DNA of 64,000 nucleotides from Squalus acanthias (taxonomy: Eukaryota). The position numbers and the translations under genes were made by a program. Positions 36,895 to 48,691 of the stretch are shown here, piece after piece. Below the pieces are notes generated by a model, which had not been told where the DNA came from, did no database searches, and worked only from the letters and a program-made list of their open reading frames with translations. How positions within the stretch are numbered: the first letter of the stretch is position 1; the number at the start of each line of letters is the position of its first letter. Where the stretch lies: the NCBI GenBank assembly GCA_030390025.1, contig CM059449.1:7316001-7380000 (forward strand), written 5' to 3'.

Positions 36895-37925
36895 GAGGCG
36901 GGGCGGCTAACCTGACCATGTGAAGTGAGTGAGACTGCCCCGCCTGGAGGAGGGAGTCTCGCTCTGCTTCACTCCGGAGTCGCTCCGGGCCTCGACACCT
37001 GGTTTACACTGCACACGTTCGGTGTGGGTGTGAAGGGGAAACAGCTTCACTCTGACGCTAATGTCCTGGTGTGAAGACACCCGGGACAGTCTCGGGTGTC
37101 CCCCCGTCTGGTGTCCAGTTCCTTGTCCTCTCTCCCGGTGTTTGCAAGAAGCCAGAGGGCAATTTCCGATAAACAAACTAGTCCGATTGAGGGAATATAT
37201 CGGCAGCAGCTGGACCAAGGGGTGTCAAACGTGCGGACCCCGGGGACAGCTTCATCCGGCCCGCCGACTTACCCTCCGAGGCGGACTGACTGTGGGGAAA
37301 TGTCGCCCGGGCCCGCGACCGCTGAATTCCGACTCCGCAACTTTCTGCAGCCGCTCCGTCCTGGAGCTCGGAGGCCGCTCCCGCGCATGCTCAACAATCA
37401 CAGCTCCGGCCGCTCGCGCTTTGGCCGTTGGGCTTTGAGCGCTCAGCCCCTCCCTCCGCTCGTGCTCGCCGATCCGCCAATCACAGCTCCGCTCCGTCCC
37501 GGGGCTCTGAGGCCTCTCCCGCGCATGCTGAACAATCACAGCTCCGGCCGCTCGCGCTTTGGCCGTTGGGCTTTGAGCGCTCAGCCCTTTCCTCTGCTCA
37601 TGCTCGCCGATCCACCAATCACAGCTCCGCTCCGTCCCGGGACTCTGAGGCCAATCCCGCGTATGCTCACCGATCCGCCAATCACAGCTCCGCTCCGTCC
37701 CGGGGCTCTGAGGCCAATCCCGCGTATGCTCGCCGATCCGCCAATCACAGCTCCGCTCCGTCCCGGGGCACTGAGGCCAATCCCGCGTATGCTCACCGAT
37801 CCGCCAATCACAGCTCCGCTCTGTCTCGGGGCACTGAGGCCAATCCCGCGTATGCTCACCGATCCGCCAATCACAGCTCCGCTCCGTCCCGGGGCTCTGA
37901 GGCCTCTCCCGCCGAAAGGCCGACA
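36895..37925. promoter_or_regulatory. CpG island with a tandem CCAAT array (putative promoter)
   Basis: Strongly CpG-rich against an AT-rich background; about 10 CCAAT boxes; GCGCATGC (NRF1-like) motifs; minus-strand donor GG|GTAAGT at 37272. Confidence 0.6.
37350..37912 (+). repeat. Compound GC-rich minisatellite: two units of about 138 bp, then about 4.5 units of 63 bp
   Basis: Unit CCAATCACAGCTCCGCTCCGTCCCGGGGCTCTGAGGCCAATCCCGCGTATGCTCACCGATCCG. Confidence 0.95.
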
Positions 37926-38048
37926 ACTGGAGCCATGTCCTTCACGCATGCCTCAATTGGCATGTTGGGGGAAACATACCTCTTGACCCTGTGTTTTTTT
38001 TGTAATCAGTCTAAATGATGCTGGGTGCAGCAGGAGCAACGGTGTCCT

Positions 38049-40510
38049 CATAAGAAATAGGAGCAGGAGTAGGCCATTTGGCTCTTCGAGCCTGCTCCAC
38101 CATTCAATAAGATCATGGCTGATCTTCTACCTCAACTTCACTTTCCTGTACTATCTCCATATGCCTTGATTCCCTTAATATCCATAAATATATCGATCTC
38201 TGCCTTGAATATACTCAACGACTGAGCCTCCACAGCCCTCTGGGGTGGAGAATTACAAAGATTCACCACCCTCTGAGTGAAGAAATTTCTCCTCATTTCA
38301 GTCCTAAATGGCCGACCCCTTATTCTGAGACTGTGACCCCTGGTTCTAGACTCGCCAGCCAGGGGAAACATCCTCCCTGCATCTACCCTGTCAAGCCCTA
38401 TAAGAGTTTTGTATGTTTCAATGAGATCACCTCTCATTCTTCTGAACTCTAGAGAATATAGGCCTAGTCTACTCAATCTCTCCTCATAGGACAATCCCCC
38501 CATCCCAGGAATCAGTCTGGTGAACCTTCGTTGCACTCCCTCTATGGCAAGTATATCCTTCCTTAGGTAAGGAGACCAAAACTGTACACAATACTCCAGG
38601 TGTGGTCTCACCAGGGCCTTATATAATTGCAGTAAGACTTCTTTACTCTTTTGCTTTCCTAATTGCTTTCTGTACCTGCATGTTAATTTTCAGTGATTTG
38701 TGTATAAGACACCCAGGTCCCTCTGAACACCAACATTTCCCAATCTCTCACCATTTAAAAAATACTCTGCTTTTCTATTTTTCCTACCAAAACTTCACAT
38801 TTCTCCACATTATATTCCATTTGCCATGTTATTGCCCACTCACTTCGCTTGTCTATATCCCATTGAAGCCTCCTTGCATCCTCCTCACAACTTACATTCC
38901 CACCTAACTTTGTATCATCAGCAAACTTGGATATATTACATTTGGTCCCCTCATCCAAATCATTGATACAGATTGTGAATAGCTGAGGCCCAAGCACTGA
39001 TCCTTGCAGTACCTCACTAGTTACAGCCTGCCAACCCGAAAATGACCCGTTTATTCCTACTCTCTGTTTTCTGTCCGTTAACCAATCCTTAATCCATGCT
39101 AGTATATTACCCCCAATCCCATGAGCCCTAATTTTGTTTAATAACCTCTTGTGTGGCATCTTATCAAATGCTTTCTGAAAATCCAAATACGCCACATCCA
39201 CTGGTTCCCCCTTATTCTGCTAGTTACAACCTCAAAAAACTCTAACAGATTCGTCAAACACGATTTCCCTTTCATAAATCTGTGTTGACTGCCCAATCCT
39301 ATTACTATTTTCGAAGTGCCCTGTTACCACGTCCTTAATAATAGATTCTAGCATTTTCCCTACTACTGATGTCAGGCTAACTGGTCTGTAGTTCCCCATT
39401 TTTTCTCTTCCTCTTTTCTTAAATAGCGGGATTACATTTGCTACATTCCAATCCGCAGGAACCGTTCGAGAATCTATGGAATTTTGGAACATGATGCGGA
39501 GATGCCGGTGTTGGACTGGGGTGGACAAAATTGAGAGGTCGCACAACACCAGGTTATAGTCCAACAGTTTTATTTGAAATCACAAGCTTTCGGAGCTATC
39601 GATCGCCCCTTCCTCAGGGGTGATCGATAGCTCCGAAAGCTTGTGATTTCAAATAAAACTGTTGGACTATAACCTGGTGTTGTGCGACCTCTCAATTTTG
39701 GAACATGACAACCAATGCATCCACTATCTCTATAGCCACCTTTTTCAAAACCCTAGGATGTAGGCCATCAGGTCCAGGGGATTTATCGGCTTTCAGTCCC
39801 AATAATTTCTCCAGTACTTTTTTTTTACTAATACTAATTTCTTTCAGTTCCTCATTCTCGCTAGACCCTTGGTTCTCCATTATTTCCGGGAAGCTTTTTG
39901 TGTCTTCTTCCGTGAAGACAGACACAAAGTATTTGTTTAATTTCTCTGCCATTTCGTTATTCCCCGTTATAATTTCTCCTGTCTCAGCCTGTAAGGGATC
40001 CACATTTACATTTCTGAATATTTTCCTTTTTACATACCTATAGAAGCTTTTACAGTCTGTTTTTATGTCTCTCGCTAGTTTACTCTCATATTCTATTTTC
40101 CCTTTCTTAATCAATTTCTTGGCCCTCCTTTGCTGAGTTCTAAAATCCTCCCACTCCTCAGGCTTACTATTCTTTTTGGCAACCTTATAAGCCTCTTCCT
40201 TTGATCTAATACTAACTTTAACTTCTCTTGCTAGCCACGGTTGTACCACTTTTCCTGTGGAGTTTTTGTGCCTTAAAGGAATGTATATTTGTTGTAAATT
40301 ATGTATTAATTCTTTAAATGCTAGCCATTGTTTGTCTACCGTCATACCTTTTAATGTAGTTTCCCAATCTACCTTAGCCAACTCGGCCCTCATACCTACA
40401 TAGTTTGCTTTGTTTAGATTTAAGACCCTAGTTTCGGATTTAACTAAATCACTTTAAAACTCAATATAAAAATATCATATTATGGTCACTTTTCCCTAAA
40501 GGCCCCTTTA
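38049..40510 (-). mobile_element. 5'-truncated CR1/L3 LINE
   Basis: KSPGPDGLHP, NYRPVSLTS, YLDFQKAFD, QGSVLGP, FADD and HLEYC in the minus-strand ORFs. Confidence 0.95.
39495..39693 (-). mobile_element. Second Penelope-derived palindromic hammerhead element, inserted in CR1 with TSD AATTTTGGAACATGA
   Basis: Near-identical to 7772-7984 in the opposite orientation; TSD at 39480-39494 and 39694-39708. Confidence 0.88.
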
Positions 40511-40514
40511 GAGA

Positions 40515-42534
40515 AGCTGTGGGACCTGGTCCGGTCACTCGAATTGGTGGCTGTCTGGTGAAATCTCCATCTGACTCCATCTCCTTCACTTTCCTGGGGA
40601 CTGGAAGAGGAAGGACCAGAATTGACCAGCTTTATATTTCCCGGGCGTACCTCTCCTGCATTCTGGCCTCTTCCATGCAGTCGGTGCCGTGCTCGGATCA
40701 CCACCTGCTGTGGATGGAGCTTGTTCTACTCTGTGTGTGGGTGGGATCCGTATCCTGACACTTCAACAAACTGCTGCTGGAGGATGAGTGGTTCCGGGAG
40801 TCGTTCCGTCACTTTGCGTGGGTCAACTGGAGAAGGAGGAAGGGAGGCTTCTCCTGCTTGAGGCTATGTGCTGGGACGTGAGCCAGTATGTGCATGGGTT
40901 GACTAAGAGGCAGGAGTCTGAGATCAGGTGGTTGGAGAAGGAGGTGCTTCATTTTCCTAGATTGCTGGACAGGACTGCTCCGAGTGCTGTCCACAGGGGT
41001 CGAGTGCTGGTCATAAACCAACTATTGCTGCTATGTTATGGTACCGGTTGGTCACTTTAAAAGGAAGCTTGTCGACTTCTGGGACAAAAGGAAGCATTGG
41101 GTCACCGCTGTAGTGCTGAGTCTCCCACTTAGGGAGGGCAGTCAGACGCTGGTGTGCATTCGCACCCAAGTAGCAACTGTCCACCTTCAGGCCCTGCAGT
41201 GAGAACTGAACGAGAGGATCCTCCTAGATGCTCTGCGCTGGTGACGTATCTCTTTCGCCAGCTACATGGCCTGAATTATGACATTCAGCGCCTGTTTGTT
41301 AAGTTGCTGAATATCCACACGTTCTTGCAGGATCTGATCAGGGTCTGGAATATGGTTGCCTTCAGCTGGAGCTCTCTCCCATCAGGAGCAGTGGCCATCC
41401 AATGGGAGCTCCTGCTCAGGAATCCGCACCTCCGCATGATCGGTTTCGGCGATAGAGAGGAGAGCTCTGAATGCGAAGATAACCAAAGTCAGGGACGCAC
41501 TGGATGGCGGAGGGCAGGCTGGCTGTTGCCAGAGGCATTGACAGAACGGATGTCATGTTGTTACATCTGGCCCGCGACCAAAGCCATCGAGGTAGTAATA
41601 GTTGCACTTGGTCCTGACTCCACTCGGTGTGTCGAGGAGGCTCAAGCATGTGAAGCGATCTCGTCTGAGCTGACCTGCGTTCAGACAGAGTTTCTTATCG
41701 GCGCAAGGCCCCAAAACCTCCCTCGGGAGCCTACACTTAACAACTTCAGCCGTCTCTCGGAAATTCCCTTGTGCCATTCCACTCTGTCCGGAGGGGTTTC
41801 CTGTACAGGTTGCTCCTGCACACTCTCCACTTCCTTGCCCTCCTCTTCCATCCGGACAAGCCTTGGCATGCCATCTTGCCATCCTGCGGAGGCGGAGGTC
41901 CCCAATGGTGGGTTCTCTATGCAGAGTCCTCTCCTGTACCATTGGGGATCTGGGTCGAGAGTGTTGCACGGAGCTGTACAGACAAACCATTTTTTAAGTC
42001 ACTTCACGGACTCCCAGGCTGCCTGCAACTTTTGCGGCCTGGTTGAGTCCGTGTTCAATGTCTAAATGGAATGTGAGAGGTTGCAGCCCCTCTTCTATTA
42101 GTTAAACGGGTTACTCCTCAACCTCTGGCTCCACTTAAGTCCCATGCTTCTAATCTTTGGCCACCTGGTGTGGGGGAGGGGAGTCGGAGGACCTTCTCAT
42201 GGGTCTGCTCCAAGATGGCCCATTGGTGGGGGCGTTGCTCTGGCTGCCTGCCTCTTTTCCGTGGTCATGTCCGTGCGCAGGTGGCCCTGGAGAAGGAGCA
42301 CATGGTGTCTGCCGGTACGCGTGAGGCTTTGAGCGACCGGTGGGCACCGCAGGGACTGGAGTGCGTAGTCGACACTGTAAATAATATTATGATTTAATTG
42401 ATTAAGTTTCCTTTCTTTTGTATGATTTGGGTTTTATTAGTTGTGCCCTCTAAAAAGGGGGCACTTTTGTCAGGCTTTTTGGGTTGATGACACTGAGGCA
42501 ACCCAGAGTCTCCTTAAGAGTTTAATTAAAAGAG
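40515..42534 (+). mobile_element. Internally deleted Tx1-like LINE (endonuclease end, post-RT region, 3' UTR)
   Basis: TRIDQLYIS, SDHH, RVLHGAV, CNFCGLVESVFNV, DRWAPQGLEC. Confidence 0.88.
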
Positions 42535-42538
42535 ACAC

Positions 42539-43105
42539 GAGACCAGCCCAAACACCACTTGTGAGGAACGAGTGACTTTTACTCAATTCGGTAACTCAGT
42601 GAAAAACGAAAGTAAAAGTTTTCAGGGACGAGCTGCTGCGAACGTGTTTACGCCTTACAGACCTGGTGGAAAAAGGCGGAAAATCTTCGATCAGATTGTC
42701 GGAAAGTAAGAGGTGAGTCCCAAATATTTTTCATTCCCAGTGGGATTGGGCTGCTTTTATTAATGGTGAAAGGTCCCAATTTAATACAAGGCGTTGAACG
42801 GGAACCTGCTGGAGATTGTCCAGCGAAACGTTGAAAACGTTATAAAATGTCTCTAATCACCTTAACAGTGTCTCGAACTGGGTCCTATCGGTATAAGGGA
42901 ACTGTAGGAAGAGGTTATTTTAGACATAAACCGTTATAGTCAAAGAGAGCGGCCAGAAAGACACGGAAGTGAAAAGGAGGAACATAATCTTGCGACGGCC
43001 ATTAAATGAAACCGCACCCGCTGGGAGTTTACATTTAAAGTCAAAGAGTTCAGACCCTGTAGATAGTTGCGCTATCTCCTCTCTTAAAATAAACCTTTAA
43101 TCCAA
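42539..43105 (+). promoter_or_regulatory. Second copy of the promoter/exon-1 block (putative 5' end of BTN gene 2; donor at 42713)
   Basis: About 95% identical by eye to 5298-5886 apart from an 18-nt deletion; both IRF-type motifs retained (GGAAGTGAAA at 42965-42974). Confidence 0.65.
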
Positions 43106-44668
43106 TAGCTTCATGTTAAGTATTCTTTAATCTGCACAATGCAGTTTGCTACTTTGCTTAAGTACAGTCTCTTCAAAGTGTGGTCGGGAACATTAATTTC
43201 AATCTCTGAAGTGTCATACGAGCTGATCCACGGTGACACTGCACACAATAGTTCAGTCGATGTTAGTAAAATGTACAATAATACAGACGCTGGAAATCTG
43301 AAACAAAAGCAGAATAAGTTGGGAAACGCACAACAGATGAAGCAACTTCTATTGCAGAAAAGGATCTCCATTTCGGGGTGTGTCCTCTTCATCAGAACTG
43401 ATAAAGGGTTATAGACACTTCAAGTGCCCGAACACGAAGGCAAATATTCTTGGAGCCATTGGAAACTATTTCAACCTATTGGGAGCCTTTGCGAGGCTGA
43501 AGGGGAGGGGAAATAAACGACAAGTACAGATTAACTGAATGAAAACCCAGTGTGGAGGCACAAAATGAAATCTGCAGACCAGTGACCTTGTTTGATGGCG
43601 GATGAAGTGGAAGTGGCCCTGCTTCCCAATCTGTATCCCCCTCCCCATGGGACTGCTGTGATAACAACGTACTTTTTGTCTGTATTCAATTTTTGATTTG
43701 GATTTTTTTATGGCTCCAATCAGCATGCAAGGGCTTAAAATCCCACAAGCAAGAAGAGTACTTTTGGAACAGAAAAACTATCAGCTCAGAGACCAGGCAG
43801 GCTGGCTGTGAGTTACTAAGAAAAGCACAATGATTTGTCTAAAGTGTTACCTTTCCACAAGACTCTTTGCAGCTCTCTGTCCTTAACTATAGCTGCCATT
43901 TCATCACTGGTTAGTCTTTAAATAAAGGGTAGTTCTTAGTCTTTAAATAAAGGGTAGTTCTTAGTCTTTTAAATAGTCTGTTCGATAAAGGGATGACAGG
44001 AATGGCAGGGCAGCTCAGTCTAGCGGAGTGCACATCCTGTGGCATATGGAAAGTCATGGACGCTTCGCGTTGCATGGATGACTACATGTGCAGTAAGTGT
44101 CACCAGCTGCAACGACTCGAGCGACGGTTTACGGAGCTTGAGCGGCGACTGGAGTCACTGTGGTGCATCCGCGAGGCTGAGATCTACGTGGATAGCATGT
44201 TTAGTGAGGTGGTCACCCCGCAGCCTCAGCGAGCAAGTGGGTGACCACCAGGCAGGCAGTGCAGGAGGCCCCAGAGGGCATCTCGCTCTCCAACCGGTAT
44301 TCTATTCTGAGTACTGGTGGGGGCAATGGACCCGCTGAGGAGTGCAGTCAGAGCCAAGTCCTCGGCACCACAGGTGGCTCCGCTGCACAGTGGGGGAGGA
44401 TAAATAGCGGAAGAGCAATAGTGGTAGGGGATTCAATAGTGAGGGGAGCAGACAGGCGTTTCTGCGGACGCAGACGTGACTCCAGGATGGTATGTTGCCT
44501 CCCTGGTGCCAGGGTCAAGGATGCCACCGAACGGTTGCAGAGCATTCTAGGGGGAGAGGGTGAACAGCCAGATGTCGTGGTCCATATCAGTACCAATGAC
44601 ATAGGTAGAAAGAGGGATGAGGTCCTGCAGGCAGGGTTTAGGGAGCTAGGAGTCAGATTAAAAAACAG

Positions 44669-45077
44669 GAGAGCGCCAAAACCCGGGAGAGTTCAAACGC
44701 AGCGGGAGCAGAGTGAGAGCGCCAAAACCCGGGAGAGTTCAAAAGTAGCGGGAGCAGAGCGAGAGCGCCAAAACCCGGGAGAGTTCAAAAGTAGCGGGAG
44801 CAGAGCGAGAGCGCCAAAACCCTGGTGAGTTCAAAAGTAGCGGGAGCAGAGCGAGAGCGCCAAAATCCGGGAGAGTTCAAAAGTAGCGGGAGCAGAGCAA
44901 GAACGCCAAAACCCAGGAGAGTTCAAAAGCAGCGGGAGCAGAGCGAGAACGCCAAAACCCGGGAGAGTTCAAAAGCAGCGGGAGCAGAGCGAGAGCACCA
45001 AAACCCGGGAGAGTTCAAAAGCAGCGGGAGCAGAGCGAGAGCACCAAAACCCGGGAGAGTTGAAAAGCAGCGGGAGA
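44669..45077 (+). repeat. 46-bp tandem repeat, about 9 copies (GAGAGCGCCAAAACCCGGGAGAGTTCAAAAGYAGCGGGAGCAGAGC)
   Basis: Direct periodicity; forms the 5' end of CR1 B. Confidence 0.95.
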
Positions 45078-47249
45078 CGCTGAGATACAAAGGACCGGTG
45101 AGTGTAAAGAAGTAAAAAATAATCGAAGTGTGACATCACCAGAAAACAGGTAAGTGATTGGTTGGTGAGTATTTCGCTATTTCTCGCTTTTTTTCCAAAC
45201 TTGAACGTCTAAATTTAAGTGCTTTGGTGTAGATTAAAAGATATAAGTGTTCCAAATTTTAAAACTAATTAATTAATTGAGATGGGAGACCAGGCAATGT
45301 GTTATTGTTGCATGCGGGAGCTCGTGGACACCATTGAGGTCCAGGGCGACCACATCTGCAGCAAATGTTGGCTGCTCGAAGACCTTCGGCTTAGAGTTGA
45401 TGAGCTGGAGTCCGAGCTTCAGACACTGTGACACATTAGGGAGGGGGAGCGTTACCTGGACACTATGTTCCAGGAGGCAGTCACAACCACAAGAGTAATT
45501 ACTTCCAATTTGGCCCATGGTCAGGGACAGAAGGGTGTGACTACAAGCAAGGCAGGTATTGGGATCCAGGCGGTAGTGATGGAGGAGCCTCAGCCCTTGG
45601 CCTTGTCTAACAGGTACGAGATTCTTACTCCCTGTGTGGACGAGTGCAGGGACTGCAGGGAGGATGAGCAATCTGAACACAGCACCGTGGTACAGGGAGC
45701 CATTCAAGTGGGGGGAGCAAAAAGAAATGTTGTAGTGATTGGGGATAGTATAGTGAGGGGGATAGATACTGTTCTCTGCAGCCGAGAGCGTGAGTCCTGA
45801 AGGCTGTGTTGCCTGCCCGGTGCCTGGGTTAATGACCTCTCCTCTGGGCTGGAGAGAAACTTGGAGTGGGAGGGGGAGATCCAGTTGTCATGGTCCACGT
45901 AGGTACCAATGACATAGGTAGGACAAAGAAAGAGGTTCTGCTGAGCGAGTATGAGCAGCTAGGGGCTAAATTAAAAAGCACAACCACAAAGGTAATCATC
46001 TCTGGATTGCTACCTGAGCCACGAGCGAATTTGCATAGGGTAAATAAGATCAGAGAAATGAACGAGTGGCTCAAAGACTGGTGTGGGAGAAATGGGTTTC
46101 AATTTGTGGGGCACTGGCATCAGTACTGGGATAAGAGGGAGCTGTTCCGTTTGGACGGGCTTCACTTGAACCATGCTGGGCTAGAGTCCTGGCAAATCGA
46201 ATAACTGGGGCTGTAGAGAGGGCTTTAAACTAAATAGTGGTGGGGGGGGGGGGGGGGAGGATCCAGGTGAGCCGGAAAATAAAAAGTCAATGAGAAAGCA
46301 ATAGAGCAGGATAGAGATGGGGAAATAATAACCAGAGTGTGACAGGAAGGGACAGAATGTTTAAAAATAAGAGTGTAACAGCAAAAAAGGCCAAAACAAG
46401 GAAAAATGGTAAAAATTACAAGGTTAAAAGCTCGATATCTGAATGCACGCAGCATTCGCAACAAGATAAATGAGTTGACGGCACAAATAGATACAAATGG
46501 GTATGATCTGATCGCCATTACAGAGACATGGTTGCAAGGTAACCAGGGCTGGCAACTGAATATTCCAGGGTATAAGATAATTCGGAAGGATAGAAAGAAA
46601 GGAAAGGGAAGTGGGGTGGCTTTGTTGGTAAAAGATGGGATCAGTGCAGTGGTGAGAAGTGATATTGGCTCAGAAGATCAAGATGTAGAATCAGTTTGGG
46701 TGGAGATAAAAAATAATAAGGGGAAAAGTCTCTGGTGGGCGTAGTCTACAAGCCCCCGAACAGTAGCAATGCTGTTGGACAGAGTATAAATCAACAAATA
46801 ATGGAGGCCTGTAAAAAAGGTATGGTAATAATCATGGGTGATTTTAATCTCCATATTGATTGGACAAATCAAATTGGCCATGGTAGCCTGGAGGAGGAGT
46901 TCATAGAGTACATCCGGGATGTTTTCCTAGAACAGTATGTAATGGAACCAACCAGGGAGCAGGCTATCTTGGATCTGGTACTATGTAATGAGACAGAATT
47001 AATAAATGACCTCATAGTAAAGGATCCTCTAGGAAAGAGTGATCATAGCATGGATGAATTTCAAATTCAGTTGGAGGGTGAGAAAGTTGTATCCCAAACC
47101 AGTGTCCTGATCTTAAACAAAGGCAATTATAATGGCATGAGGGCAGAGCTGGCTAAAGTGGACTGGAAAAACAAATTAAAGGGTAAGAAAGTTGAAATGC
47201 AGTGGCGGATATTTAAGGAGATATTTCATAACTCTCAACAAAAATATAT

Positions 47250-48691
47250 GTAACCCCACTATTTTAAAAAAAGGTGCTAGAGAGAAAATGGGGAATTATA
47301 GACCAGTAAGCCTGACATCGGTAGTGGGGAAAATGCTAGAATCCATTTATAAAAGATGTAATAGCAGAGCACTTGAAAAACAGTGACAGGATCTGACAAA
47401 GTCAACATGGATTTACAAAAGGTAAATCATGCTTGACTAATCTACTGGAATTTTTTGAGGATGTAACTGGTAGAATAGATAAGGGAGAACCAGTGGATGT
47501 GGTGTATTTGGACTTTCAGAAGGCTTTCGATAAGGTCCCGCATAAGAGATTAGCGTGCAAAGTTAAAGCACATGGGGTTGGGGGTAAGGTACTGACTTGG
47601 ATAGAAAACTGGTTGGCAGACAGGAAGCAAAGAGTTGGAATAAACGGGTCTTTTTCCGAGTGGCAGGCAGTGACTAGTGGGGTACCGCAGGGATCGGTGC
47701 TAGGACCCCAGCTATTCACAATATATATATTAATGATCTAGACGAGGGAACTAGATGTAATATCTCCAAGTTTGCAGACGACACAAAGCTGAGTGGGCGT
47801 GTGTGCTGTGAGGAGGATGCAGAGAAACTCCAGTATGATTTGGACAGGTTGGGTGATTGGGCAGATGCATGGCAGATGCAGTATAATGTGGATAAATGCG
47901 AGGTTATCCACTTTGGTGGCAAAAACAGGAAGGCAGATTATTATCTGAATGGCAATAGATTGGGAAAAGGGGAAGTGCAACGAGTCCTGGGTGTCCTTGT
48001 GCACCAGTCGCTGAAGGTAAGCATGCAGCAGGCGGTTAAGAAGGCAAATGGTATGTTGGCCTTCATAGCGAGAGGATTCGAGTACAGGAGCAAGGATGTC
48101 TTGCTGCAGTTGTACAGGGCCTTGGTGAGACCACACCTTGAGTATTGTGTGCAGTTTTGGTCCCTTATCTGAGGAAGGATATTCTTGCCATGGAGGGAGT
48201 GCAACGAAGATTTACCAGACTGATACCTGGGATGGCAGGAATGACGTATGAAGAGAGATTGGGTCGATTGGGCTTGTATTCGCTGGAGTTTAGAAGAATG
48301 AGAGGGGATCTCATTGAAACTTATAAAATTCTAACAGGACTAGACAAACTAGATGCAGGAAGGATGTTCCCGATGGCGGGGGAGTCCAGAACCAGGGGTC
48401 ACAGTCTAAAGATAAGGGGTAAGCCATTTAGGACTGAGATGAGGAGGAATTTCTTCACCCAAAGAGTGGTGAACCTGTGGAATTCTCTACCACAGAAGAC
48501 AGTTGAGTCCAATTCATTAAATATATTCAAGAAGGAGTTAGATATATTTCTTAAGGCTAAGGGGATCAAGGGATATGGGGAGAAAGCAGGGACAGGGTAC
48601 TGAATTTGGACGATCAGCCATGATCGCATTGAATGGCGGAGCAGGCTCGAGGGCCCGAATGGCCTACTCCTGCTCCTATCTTCTATGTTTC
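47250..48691 (+). mobile_element. 5'-truncated CR1 'C' nested in CR1 B, TSD TATAT
   Basis: Host ORF2 ...QQKY|IPVRKK is split; TATAT at 47245-47249 and 48692-48696; has its own RT and 3' tail. Confidence 0.9.

Noticed and set aside
37096-38018. Long ORFs (296, 224, 196 aa) as protein-coding genes
   Set aside because: They arise from a GC-rich repeat whose units (63 and 138 bp) are multiples of 3, so several frames on both strands are open.
40515-42534. Sequence-specific Tx1 targeting (U2, tRNA or 5S type)
   Set aside because: No recognisable snRNA, tRNA or rRNA target sequence flanks any of the Tx1-like fragments.
44241-45115. Esterase fused to a repetitive C-terminal protein
   Set aside because: Artefact of CR1 A ORF1 reading into the 46-bp array of the nested CR1 B.
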